Shown here: positions 35,437 through 49,597 of the stretch, piece by piece
How positions within the stretch are numbered: the stretch's first letter is position 1
Layout of the letters: every line of letters starts with the position of its first letter
DNA from: Sarea resinae
Taxonomy: Eukaryota
Direction of reading: 5' to 3'
Assembly: GCA_026026165.1 (NCBI GenBank)
Contig: JAPEUD010000015.1
Span: 62,001-126,000 of the forward strand
DNA length: 64,000 bases
Made by a program: the position numbers and the translations under genes
Notes under the pieces: generated by a model
The model's input: the letters and a program-made list of their open reading frames with translations, nothing else
What the model was told of the DNA's origin: nothing
The model's database searches: none

Positions 35437-36544
35437 GATGAAAGGAGATGCTCTACTCTATCGAGGGATGCGTATGGAATGCAGATGGCCACCAGCTATC
35501 GACCTTTGGTGTTCTCGATATCACGAAAGCATCAGAATCTCGAGGAAAGCACAGCAGACGAAGAAGAAGCAGACGGAGGTCAATGACTGCAGATTGAAGA
35601 TTACATTACAGGTAGTGAATGCAGTAGATGACATGACATGGCCGGATTGCAGGCGCGTGCCTGAGCACGATGGCGCATTGCGGTGGTCGTAGGCTAGGGC
35701 TACGGCCGAGACCTCGGCTTGATTTGAAAAGGACTGGGCGAGCTGGAGCGCGAGCTGGAGCTGGAGGGGGAGGGGGAGGGGGAGGGGGAGCTGGGGAAGA
35801 CTGGGGAAGACGGGAGGATCGATGCTAGTAGGCAATACCCCACATTACATACACAGACATAGACACCGTCACAGACCCCGTACACTCGCACCCCTCGCAC
35901 GGAGGAACGTCGTTGAAGCTGACGGCAGAAAACCATCAATTCGAATAGAAAATAACCACCATGGCATCTCCCAGTCCTAAGTGATTCAGGCAGAGTACAC
36001 ACCTGATCTCCATGTGCAGTATTGACGGTGCACTCTAGACAGACATATTCGATCCATTCCGTTCGAGGGCGGTGAACCGTCACAGACGACATCTTCACAT
36101 CTTCACATCTTCACATGCATCAGGGAGAAGCCGAGGGATAGACAGTCTAGGGCAGAAAGGTACCTCAGCTCCAAGTACACCCCGCCACGGATAAGCCCAT
36201 CGCTACCAACCACAAAGTCACCTCGATCATCGACGGTGCCGACCGCCATCCTTCTCTGTACCTATTGACGGCATCATTGAAGCGGGCTGGCTGAGGGTGA
36301 CGGATCGCCCCACGCCACCGCATCTGCTCCACCGCGAAGAGGCTCCGGAGTGCTGCCCGCACGGCAGGTCGTCACGCGGCAATCGAGCACATGATCGAGT
36401 GCGAGTCCTCTCGATATTCATTCTCATTCGTCCATGCCTTGCCATCCGTGGATTTGATCATTTCTTTCATTCTTGGAGAGGGGACGTGAGGTATCTACGA
36501 CATGTACACGGTATCGACCACCTTTTCTGCTGGACCTTTTCCCT

Positions 36545-38226
<1,682 letters not shown>

Positions 38227-38694
38227 GGCAGCCAAATCTCTGGATTTTTATCTCACGACGAAGCGGCGTCAAGTGGTCCAGGAGAGTCTGGGAATTGAAG
38301 AGAAAAAAGCGCTATTGGGGTGTTGTCGATGGAGCCATGATCGAATTGCTGCCCCGCGATGGGCTCGAGCACGCCATCGTAGGGCTCCGGCGTCGGCATG
38401 GGAGTGTGTACGAAAAGGTACGGCGTTACGAGATGAGATCATGTCAGTAACGTGAGAGGATGTCGGTCCTGATCATGGCAGATCATGGCAGAGCACGACG
38501 GGCACCTCACCATGGCCATGCAGACTCTCGAGATGATCCGAGATGGAGACAATACGTGACCGGCAGACTCACGGGGACGGGGGATGAAGGGCTCTGATTC
38601 TTACTCGGATTGGATTCCTCTCCGGCGGACCGATGCATGCTGTCGATGGTCGATCCGTCGTGTTCAGCGCCGTCTCAGTACTATGGTAGACACC

Positions 38695-38769
38695 TCATCT
38701 TATCTATCTTATCTGTCTCATCTATCTCATCTATCTCATCTATCTCATCTATCTCATCCATCTCATCTC
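38695..38769. repeat. 9-bp tandem repeat (CATCTATCT) x ~8
   Basis: Directly visible; unit variants TATCTATCT, TATCTGTCT and CATCCATCT. Confidence 0.85.
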
Positions 38770-39856
38770 GGGAGGGCGAGTCACATACTATGAGGAGGTA
38801 TCAGATGCATATTGTCCATGAGGTTGTTTGTTCCTCGATGGTGGCCACGTAATCAACCGTGTCAGAGCCTCTCTCGTCAGACGCCGTATGGACATCGCCA
38901 GCCGCCCGCTGCCAGTGTGGTGGCCCCGTTCATCGCCTTCAGCAAGGTTGGCATCGTCCTGGGTGGAGTAGCGAGTACCTCCGTCTCCACCATGGTCGGC
39001 CTTGGCATCAAGTACATGTACCGCGGGCGTCCCTTGCTTCGTCGTGTCGTCTGGGGAGATGGACACGGTGACGATGGTCAGTCAACATGGACGATGACTC
39101 CGTAGATGGTGAAGTCTTCACCCGAACCTGACCGGTCTCTGATGAATCCGCCTCGGCGACACCGAAAAGGAGGCTCGTGGTCAAGGACAGACTGAAGTCC
39201 TCACGATGCAATTCTCATCGCGTCCCAGGCGCTCAACTCTCTCTCCAGTTTCACGAACCCTGGATGCGCATGTCCGAAACGAGTAATGGCCCTGTGCTTC
39301 AGATCGATGATGGCGGGCGCGTCCACGGGTCGCATTCCAGGAGAGCGTCCAATGCGCATTCGCATCCATCCATCGCAAACCCTAAACAGGGCACCAGCAG
39401 AAGGCGCTTCCAGGTCACAGCCTTGGCTTGGGGCAACACAGCACCACCCACCCAAACACCCATTGTTGTTGTTGCCAATAATGCCCCCTTCTGCTCCTGC
39501 CACTCACTGACTGACTTGACATTCAAGCACACACTCATTGACACCTGTTCAGCCTACCTGCGCCAGACACGCATTCACTCTTTTCCCTGTTTACTCCCTC
39601 ATTCACTCACTTACTCACATCGCTGACCACCGCAGCTTTTCTGCGCGACCGTGACCATAACAGCCGCGCTTTTTCCTTCTGAGCAGATTATCTGCCTTGA
39701 TCCTCTTCATTTCTCTTCAAAGTCATCTCATACATTCCTCTGTCCCTCATCTTTTGCGCGCCTGCAGCAACGCCCGGTAAACATCCAAACAAAGCGACGC
39801 AGACATAGCCCCAAACCACCTCACATCGCATCGCATCACCAGAATCATCCATCGCT

Positions 39857-40568
39857 ATGCCATTCGCCTTGACCACCGGCCTGCGCGCCTTGCAGCTGTT
39901 ACTCTCGATCATCGTGCTGGGCTTGGCTGCGTATGGTACGTTCTGATTGCGACTCTTCTCTTCTCTCGCGCGCAGGTGTCAACAAGAAAGCCAAAGAGAA
40001 GAACCAAGCTAACCAGACGCGCCGCACTGGTGATAGCTGCCCACTGGTGGAATCAAGGCCCCCGCTACCATGTGCACTCCCCGAGCGAGGTCAACTTCAT
40101 GATCTTCACCGTAAGATAGTCTTTGCTTTCAGCCGCGCAAAAGACTGACGACGAGCTCTAGTCCGTGTGGACGATCCTCTCGCTGATCTACCTCCTCACG
40201 CACCACTATCTTCCCGAAAAGCTCGGCCACCGCTTCATCATCTTCGGCCTCGAGGTGCTCACCATGGTCTTCTGGTTCGCGGCCTTTATCGCCTTGGCGG
40301 TCTGGTACAGCAAGCTGCTGTACTGCGTCGGACACATCTGCCACGTCATCGTCGCTGCGGATGTCATTTCTGCCCTGCTGTGGTATGTTTTTCCCTCTTG
40401 ATATGGCTGCCTGGTCGACTAATGACTCAACCCCACAGGCCCCTCTTCGTCGCGACGACGGTCCTCTCGGCCCTGTCCATATTCCGCCGACGCGGCGGCA
40501 TCAAGAACATCGATCCCGTCAACGACGACGTGGGCCATCAGATGAGCGGCCATGGCGGCGACGTCTAG
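39857..40568 (+). CDS. MARVEL-domain (membrane-associating) four-TM protein, 4 exons
   Basis: MPFALTTGLRALQLLLSIIVLGLAAY|AAHWW...SPSEVNFMIFT|SVWTILSLIYL...LEVLTMVFWFAAFIALA...C...C...ALLW|PLFVATT... Confidence 0.85.
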
Positions 40569-40699
40569 ATTTGACTATTCTCCCCCTTTCAACGAGGGGG
40601 AGGGGCTGGGAAAGAGTGAAGCGTGGTTGATGGGTGGTCTGTATTTCTTTCTTTCTCTCGTTGGTTTCAGTCGTCCATTGGTACACGGTACGCGGTATG

Positions 40700-41770
40700 C
40701 GGTATGCATCATGCATCATGCAATACAGGTTAGGGAGTAGGCACCGGAATCGGCATCGGAATAGGAATAGGAACAGGGATATGGCACGGGGAGGTCATGG
40801 TCATGGTCACGGTGACTGACGTGGTAATGAATGCCTCGGATTAGCTTTTCTTTTTTTTTTCCATCTTCTTTTCTTCTTCTTCTGTTCTTTTCCTGTCCCG
40901 GTCGAGGTAGGTAGGAAGACGGCAGCGGCAGGAAGGGAGGGAGGGAGGGAGAGAGGGAGGGAGGAATAGAATTGAATTGATGAGACTATTGCTACTGATG
41001 CTGCTGCTGATACTGCTGGTCCTAGTGCTGCTGCTGATAATAATGCTGCTGATGACAATACTGCTGCTAATACTACTGCTGATGGTAATACTACTACAAC
41101 TGCTGCTAAGATTGCCGCAGGAAATAGTGCGGCTCTTAAGAATGCCACTGCTAGCAATATATTCCACTGCTTTTTACCCCCCTGCTGGCTGCTAATACTA
41201 CCGCTCTTAATATGACTCCTTTCTACACCCGATTGGATCTATTATCATCATCATTGTTGCTGTTATTGTTGCTGTTATTGTTGTTATCGTTTGTAGTTCT
41301 ATCAGAGGTATATAAGGCAGGGCTAGAACTAGGGGCAACACAGGCCAGAACCAGGGCGGAGCAGGCGGTGGAAGACATCACTATACTATACTATACCATA
41401 CTATACCTCTCGTCTCTCTCACTTCCCCCCCTGTAAATATTCGACATAGCCTAGCATAGCATAGCATAGACAGCTAACTAGGTAGGTAGGTAGGTAGGCA
41501 GGAAGTTGAGTTGGATTTGAATTTATCAGTCTGATTGACTAACTAATTACTCAAGGTACCTATCTAGTCGGTGACTGACTGACTGACTGACTACCTGTCC
41601 TGGCTACCTGTCCTGACTGCCTGCCCTGACTACCTGCCCTGACTACCTGTCCTGACTACCTTTCCTGACGCTTAACACCTAACCACCTAACATCTAACCA
41701 CCTGATAGGCATAAAGCTAGAGGTACATAGCTAACCACACAGCCAACGAACAGAATAGGTAGGTATCTCA
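40700..41770. repeat. Low-complexity/microsatellite island 4 at a convergent gene junction
   Basis: Degenerate (CTG/CTA)n ~40990-41110, (TTG/TTA)n, (GGTA)n, (GACT)n, and 13-bp CTACCTGTCCTGA x ~6 at ~41590-41670. Confidence 0.9.
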
Positions 41771-41819
41771 GACAAGCCCATCCTCGCCCTCGCCAGCGCT
41801 GTCGACGGGGACGGCGACA

Positions 41820-44800
41820 TCAGAGGTCGAGGTCGAGGTCGAAATACGGCCACCAGAAATCCTCGCCTTCGGATTCGTAGTCGGAGCCCTCTGCTTCTTC
41901 TGGGGTGTGTTTGGAGAGGTCTGAGGGGTTTGAGTGGTCTGAGGAGACTCGGTGGATGAATGTTTCTTCTCTGTGTCCTTGCCCTTTATTTGGAGTGCGG
42001 GTATGGCTGTAGAAGTTGGCGGCGTTGGCATCACCGGCATAACTAAAAGCAGCACCAGCTAACCCCTCACCCCCTCCCTCTTCTTCCCTCTCCTCTCCTT
42101 CAAGCGACTCACAGCCCGACTCGGACGAAGAGGGGGGAGAGGATTCGGAATCCGTCAGGAATAAGCCTTCACCGTGTGGAGGCCGCGGGAGCTTGGGCTT
42201 TGTTCTCGAGCGCGGCTTGTGTGTAGACTCGTGCTGGTGCTGGGATGGCTTGTTGGACGTCTTAGTCGTGGACTTGGTCTTGCTCGTAAGTGCAGAGGCA
42301 TAGGCCGAGTCCGAGGCTGAGGCCGGAATAATCGTGGCTGTATGACGGTCTCTGCGTCCCCCAGACGGAATGAAGCGTGCATGTGCTTTGCTTGACGGGG
42401 CAACGATGCTGCTCCTAGTGCCATCTCCCGTCGAGGCCACGTGGTATCCCGCCAACGGATCCATACCGTCGTCTCCTTCGCTGTCGCTGTCGATGATTAT
42501 GATAGGCGTCATCTTCCGACGCGCTTTTGCCTCGCGCTCTCCGTCTGCATTTCCACGTCCGTCTCCATTCCTACGCCTGTCTCTTTCTCCACGTCCGAGT
42601 CCATTTCCCTTTCCACTTTCGCGTCTTCTAGCATCTCCACCAACATTACCCGCATCCATCTCACTGACGCCCAAACCCCTCTTCCGATCTCCAACACCCC
42701 CAAAACCACCACCATCTTTCGCATTCCTAGCCCTGGCAATACCCTCCCAAGCCTTGACCACAGCCAACTCCTCTGGACTTAATTTCGCACGACTCAGCTT
42801 CCGCTGGTACGGATGCAGCTGTCTCGCCTGCTCGTGCGGCAAAAGTAGCGAGTCCAACTTCGGCGTCGGTCCCTGGTTTGCGGGACGAGCGTAGAGCGCA
42901 TAAGGCCCTTTGTACGCGGGTCCCTTCCCGGCGCCGAAGATGGGGTGCATGGTCAGCTGGCCGGTGGCGAGGAGTTCGCGGGCGGCGTCGGCGGAAGGCG
43001 TGGGTGCTTGTTCTGGCGCCGCTGATGCGCTTGTTGCTGTGGTGGTATTCTGTTGAGGCTGAGAGGAAGGAGACGAGTTGGACGTGCGGATCAAGGGGAT
43101 CTGCTCTACGTTTGTAAATCCCATGTTTCCATCTCCGTTCGGATCCGCCGCGCCGCCACCAACCGAGAGGACATGGACACGGGCGCTTGCATCACCGACG
43201 AGCAACTTGTCATATCCAGGTGAGAAAGCTCCACTCATAATCCCACTGGGCAACTGTGCGACGTCCTCCATATGGACATCTTCGCTGCTTCGGCGAATGT
43301 CCCATGATTTGACCATGCCGTCAGAGGATCCAGTGTAGAATCGTCTGCTTGAGTCACCCCAAAGGGCCAAACGGACGCCCATATCCGTTTGCTCGCGAGG
43401 GACGCCCGGCTTCAGAGGTTGCAAGGGTTGGCCGTGCTTGAGACGGTGGAGAATGCGGTCGTGGCGCCTAGCATCCCACACGTAGGTAGTGCCGTCAGTG
43501 CACCCCGCGGTGATATAATTCGTGTCATTTGGACTGCAGCATATACGTTAGAATTTGACCCTACATTGCCTTTAAAAGCTCGCAACTCACCAGAAAGTCA
43601 CATCATTAATGTCCAAGCCAGGACATTCATACTCCAAAACCATACTGTTCCGTGCTTTCACCGGCTGGTAGATCCTCACCACACTCCTCGTGGACCGGAA
43701 TGAGGTCTTCAAGCCCGGCGTCGTGCCAGCTGCAAAATACCCCATGTGCGGATGCCAGGTGCAATCGAAAACGTTCTGAGTGTGAGGGAAGATGTTCAAG
43801 GCCGTATTTGCTCCGAGATCAAAGACGCAGAGATCGCCGTCCTTCGGGATGGTGCCGTCGTCTTCGTCTATAGTATGGGCAGAGAAACCGGCGAGGAGCA
43901 TATCACGGACGTCGGGGGACTGGCCGAATTGGAGACAGGAGGGGTAGAGGTTCTTCCCACGGTATTTGGCCGCTCGCTCGGATTGTAGCTCGATATATTT
44001 AGACGCACGCATTTTTGGCTCGTTGAGCGTGTAGACGCGCAACGAATTGTCGAGCACTCTGGTGCCCGTGGCAAACACATCTGGATGGTACATAGAAGTA
44101 GCTAGCAATTCGACTTTCTTGTCGTGATAAAAGGTATAGGCGAGCTTGCCGAAATAAGCATCCCACACTTTGGCTGTCTCGTCGTAACTAGTAGAATAAA
44201 GCCATTTCCCATTCGGCGAGAATTTGGCGGCCGTTACTGTCATGTAGATCTGCGGATCGCAGGTATTGTACGTTGGCTGTTCCGAATCCGCCTCTCCCGT
44301 ATTCGTGTTGGCGGGGACAGGACGATGGACCCAGTGATCCGATAATTCGAGGAGATTTTTTTGATCGATGTTGCCGAGGAGCAGATTGTTAGGCCGGTTA
44401 TATTGCATGTTGTGGCGGTCCGATTGAGCAGCGGCCCCGACAGCATACCGATTACCATCTGCCGACCATGAAGTCACAATCACATCGCTTGAGGCGCCTG
44501 CAAATGTTTTCCAGGGCTTCATTGTCGAGTAAGTCTTCGCCTTCAGATCCTCAAAGACTGCAGTCTGAGAACTTCGGCCAGCACGAGTCCCTGAGCCCAA
44601 CTCCCGCATACGTAACAAAGCCGCAGTTGATATCTTGCCCGGCGCGTCTGTCGGAGTCCGACGGTCATCTGCAATTCGGAGAGATCTAGGACCAGCAAGT
44701 AGACCTTCCTCGGAACGACACCTTTTCAAGTCTTGGAAAAACCTGAAGACATCATCCTTGGAACGCCCTGGCAGATGCTCATTTGGGAAATCGCAGAACC

Positions 44801-46307
44801 TACACGCATCTTCGGCAGCCGCTTCTAGGTCTTTCAACTGCCACCGCTCGAGTTCAATTTGCAGTCGCCGTTTTAAGGGCAGCTCCGGGTCCCATGACCG
44901 AGTCTGAGGGCCACTCCTCTGAAGTTCCCTTAGCATTCGCTGGATCTCCCAGTCAAGAAAATCGACATGAAGGAGCTGGCCCTTGGAGGCCGCCAATATC
45001 TCGGTATCCCATCGGCCTACACGAAAGCCATTGACCAGAAGATCACGTTCGCGTTGGGAGAGATAGGGGCGAAATACGCGATGGGCAGCGCTTCCCAATG
45101 CTGCCGGGTCTGATCGAAGTGAAGACACTTCCATCGTATTGGCTGTGAGATGTGGCGTTTGCTTTCGTTTCAGCCCGTCACGTTCTAGGTCTTTTGGTTG
45201 GCGATTGTCTGATGACGAGTCACTGTTGCCTGTGGCGCAGCAGCAATGGCTTGTGTGACTTGGTGAACGTTGATTCACAGTGAATGATTTTGGAGACGCG
45301 GTAGCCGCTTGTACCTCGTGCTGAAGAGATAGGGGCTCGTGCCTAGAAACGTTTGACGGAGCTCGCAACAAGTCTGATCTTGAAGAAGATGTTGAGCTTG
45401 GATGGTTGAAATGACTTCGAGCGTGACCTCTAGTCCGAGACTGCGAGGGCTTAGGTATGCGTAGCCTGAGGCCTGCAGTGTCCGAAGACAAGGCCTCCTG
45501 CTCGGCGTCAGATTGCCACGGAGGATCAGAGCAGACCAATCCCCAATCTTTATCATGAGCGGCTGGCTCGGAGGAAGTACGACAATATTTGACGTCGAAC
45601 GTGCCATCAAGTTGATGGATCCGCTCTTCGTCATTCGATCTATAACAAGGATCTGGCAGAGTGTTTTGAGACTTTTGCCCAATCTCACAGCTTCTAGGGG
45701 AGTAGATTCCATTTCCATTCATAGCTTGCGACGTGCCGTTGAATGGGACCATACGTTGACCATCCTGGACTCCTAGCTCCTTCAACGAATCTGGACTAGC
45801 TGGAAGGTTGTTCGAGTCTTCATATCCTCTCGCAGCTTCAATGGGCTTGAGACCGTAGGCGTCGACGTCTCTCAATGGCCTTGTTTTCTCCGAGTCCATT
45901 TTATAAGCCCTCCCCTCGTGGATGTTGATACTTTCGGGTAATAGAGCGAGTGTTGATGAGGGAAGCGATCGAGTGTCGTCGACGACGCCGGAACTCATTG
46001 TCCCCATTTCATTCATCGCGTTGCCATACAAATCATCCAGAGAGACCCCATTGCCGGCGTCCTCCATATCCTCATCATCATCGCCTAGATTGATCGGCCG
46101 TTCTTGGCTTCCCAGCAAATGAGCACCCATCTCTTCATGCGGGAAGAGGCCAGAGGAAAAGCCATTATCCCATGTGCGGCTGTCCGGTGCGTCGTGTGAA
46201 AGCATACGAGCCCCGACGAGCTTCGAGTCCTCCTCTTCTTCGATAAGGTCGATAAAAGCGACCGTCATACCTTTCGTCGCCTGCATATGATATGTTGCAT
46301 CAGCCAC
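41820..46307 (-). CDS. WD40-repeat DCAF-type protein, Raf1/Dos1(Clr8)/DIM-9-like
   Basis: Two large exons (intron ~43534-43590). WD40 repeats (STSYDETAKVWD, SSDGMVKSWDIRR, TYVWDARR) include two WDxR motifs; also WKTFAGASSDV...QYNRPNNLLLG. Long disordered N- and C-termini. The WD40 call is firm; orthology is tentative. Confidence 0.7.
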
Positions 46308-47078
46308 AATGGCCAGAGCGTCAAGGTCTCAAGCGCAGTCCGCAGCGACCCATGCCACGATACGCGCCTCGACACGCCTACATCCGATGCGCCCTGTGCC
46401 CAGGCCCCATCTCCTGTGTTCTCATAAGTTTGATTTCTCTCCAGGCAAAGAGTCTCACTACTCAAGACATATCCAGTGCTGGCTTTATGACTGCTGTCTG
46501 ACGCCCTGGTCGATGCTGCGTTGTGGAATGAGAGTGATTATTGAAAGCCGCAGAATGTCTAGGACACGAAATAGCTTGTATCGAATAATCCGGAGTATGT
46601 AGCTGTCGCGCGAGGTCGAGACGCGGGCAACAAACAGAGCAAACATTCATTTGGCGATGGTTTGCCTTCATGTCACCTATTTCCGAGCAGACAATCGACG
46701 AACTCTAAGAGACAACCATTTTGAATCCATGATATGCAATTCTGCTTGGTGAAGTAGATTATCAAGTAGACAAAAGCAAGTTACTCGACAATCAAGTCTG
46801 CCTGGTCAATCGATCAAATGAAAGAGTTACACTAGATCTCTGAGCTTTATTATATAGAAGCTCTTGTTTCCCTTCCTCGGCCTTGAAATTAACAGTGTCA
46901 AGACTAACGCCTATTGTTCAAACTCCACGGTGATCCTTCACGCGCAATCCAGATATTTCCGTTGTCCACGCTTATCTCTCTTGAATTTTTACAATTTAAT
47001 GAGCTTCGACACCATAGCGACCTTCTGTACGGGTTTTCGGACATCCCTCCTACTCTCGCTAGCAACCTAAGCAAGACC

Positions 47079-48223
47079 TCATTTACGAGCTAGCCTCGCC
47101 CTTCGAGCTTTGACGGTCATCTCGTACAAGACGTCCTTGAAAGCGAATAGGAAAGCGGCAGTGAGCACGCTTTGGGTGACCTTGGGGGCAATACCTGGCA
47201 GAGGACATCAGTATGGATTTGACGACAAAATGTGACCGACATACCATTGTACAGGCCAGCATAGCCCTCCTCCCTGATGATTCGTCGCAGACTGGCAAAC
47301 ATGTTTTCCTTCGGGCCGTCTTTACTGGCGACATGCATCCGGCTCTTGACCGTAATATACGGGTAGGTGATCGAAGTCGCCAACAGCTTGCCGATAGCAC
47401 CAATGTAGAATGAGTCCGTCGGAGTCACCCTCTTCCTCTTCTCCAGAGCGTTCTTCAACTGCTCAAAAATCGTATATTGCAAGATCGGATTGATGACCAG
47501 CACCAAGGCCGGGAGAACACCGGCAAACAGAGCCGTCGGGCCCTCATCGCGAACGAGGCTCATCAATGTCCCTATTGTCGAGGGCTTCTTGGCCTTTGGA
47601 GCGCCTGGCAGAACCTGCTCGTCGGACTCTGATTTGCGCGCAGTCATGCGCGTGTTGACGACCCAAATTGGGTTCGTGATAAGGACCGTGGCGCTGCCTG
47701 CGAGAGCGCCCGCCATCATGGACTCCACCGTTGTGAGCTTACTCGAGGCCCGCCCGACCTTGATTGCAGCGCGTTCGAAGGCTGCGCGAGTCCACTCATA
47801 CCCTAGCAACACGTCAGTCACAGCTGTTATCGTTCTTGCTGTCTGGGGCACTGACAATAGTAGTAGACGAAATTCGTCACGCTGATACCGAAGAGGGCAG
47901 AATCGAGCCCGGCGTAGAGGCCTGAGATACCCTCTCGCTGCACGATGCGACGAACAGCATCAAGTGTAGATGATTCGGCACGTTTGGATTCGACTTGAGC
48001 GCGTGTGGAAAGGGTGATTAACGGATATCTGCCGGAAACTTTGATCAGCGACAAGGTTACGATGTCAAGAGATGAGCGTGCTCGCATACGTCAGAGCCAT
48101 GGACAAAATCCCCCCGCCTGCACCAGCCAGAGCATGGGCAATGTTATCGCTCTGCTGCGCCGCCGTCGTCGTCGGGACAGGCTTGATGCTCTCTCGAGCT
48201 GTATCGGTCGATGACTGAGACAT
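47079..48223 (-). CDS. PMP47: Peroxisomal solute carrier PMP47 (SLC25A17-like, mitochondrial carrier family)
   Basis: DNIAHALAGAGGGILSMALT|YPLITLSTRAQV, TNPIWVVNTRM, LVLVINPILQYTIFEQLK, TYPYITVKSRM; ends ...ARRARLARK*. Confidence 0.9.
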
Positions 48224-49597
48224 ATTGACCTTTTTTTCCTAGATCTGGTGGATGTTTTTCGTGAAAAGAGGGATGTTTTCGGACGGAGGGGATGCTCGAT
48301 GACGATCACAGATAGCTCCGCGATTCACGATTCACAGCGATGCGTTCCTCCAACAGGCAGTATTGATTGATCGTCGGGGCGGGAGCCGGGTTGGTATAAG
48401 CTGGTAGCAGTGAAGGCGAGCAGGTCCAAGGAAGGGTGTGCAATAAATGGCTTTCTGCTTCAGCGACAATGCGGATCCGCCATCAAATATTGTATGAATG
48501 CGAGTGAGCGGGCGAGCAGCGGGCGAGCAGGCGCGGGTGTGGGGTCAGAGCTGAGAGGCGTCCGGGGAATGCTGGTCGATCGACGACATCGACGGAGACA
48601 TACGACATACCTCGGCTCGGTTCAGGGTCCGTAGCCGGTACGCAAGAGAAAGTCCCTCTTGGACGGCAATATGGTTTTAGGTACGCGGCAAGGAAGTCTC
48701 GAGTACCTAATCGACTTGGGTGATCCGTCTGATCCGTGGTCGGCTTGGCTTCCCTTCCATGTTCCCTTGTGCCTTTGCGCCCTTCCCGCTCATGATTGAG
48801 ATCCGGATACGCCCGTGATAGCAGCACGACAGCAGGAGAAGACGGGGCCGAGGCCGGAGACAGATGTTATTATGATATTATGATATTATGATCATCATGA
48901 TCGAGCACTTGATCGACTTGATCGAATGCGAAGGTCGACAGGCGAAAAGGGGCCTTGTTGACAGCCATCCTCCACACCCGATAGGCTAGGTAGGTGGGTA
49001 GGTAGGTGGCTATCGATATGGTAGACGTAGGGGTCTTCGAAGAGCTGCTCACCGCACTATCACGGAGATGATTCTTCTGGTATGATCACAACAACAGTCC
49101 TCTGGTCCCTGCCGCCGCATTGCTTGTTTCATGAATGCCTTCAATATCAACATCGCAATCAAAAGGGGCTGCCTGGCTCCTCTCCACGATGGCTTCGACT
49201 GCCACGGTCACCGTATCTGGCATCTCGATGCGCCAGGACAACATCGACGGAGTATCCCGTCCCTCTGCCAGTGTCGATGCGCCTCCACCGATGCATCGGT
49301 CAACATCCTCATCTTTTGACACCTGGCCACAGGGCAAATGTAGTGCCTTTCAGCGTTGATATACAGATCACTCGAGTTGAACCATTTGAGCCCCCTCTGT
49401 GTTTCTGGTAGATGCGGTGAGACTGAGACCGACCATCATCGTATTCGCTCCATTTACCGCCGTGTGCCCCATCAACAAGACCTCACGCCAAGGTGAAACA
49501 CGTCGGTCGATGACGGCGCTGCCTCTTCGAACTCCAAGCGCAGTTCGAATGCACCATCTCTTCTGCGCGCATCTCTTCGCATCATCTCACACGCATC

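Noticed and set aside
38433..38442. ATGAGATCAT as a CYS3/MetR-type site upstream of MET17
   Set aside because: One mismatch to ATGRYRYCAT, single copy; not distinguishable from chance without conservation data.
41590..41670. 13-bp (and the 11-bp at 22783-22856) tandem arrays as CRISPR-like or telomeric repeats
   Set aside because: No spacers, no TTAGGG units, eukaryotic context; ordinary minisatellites.
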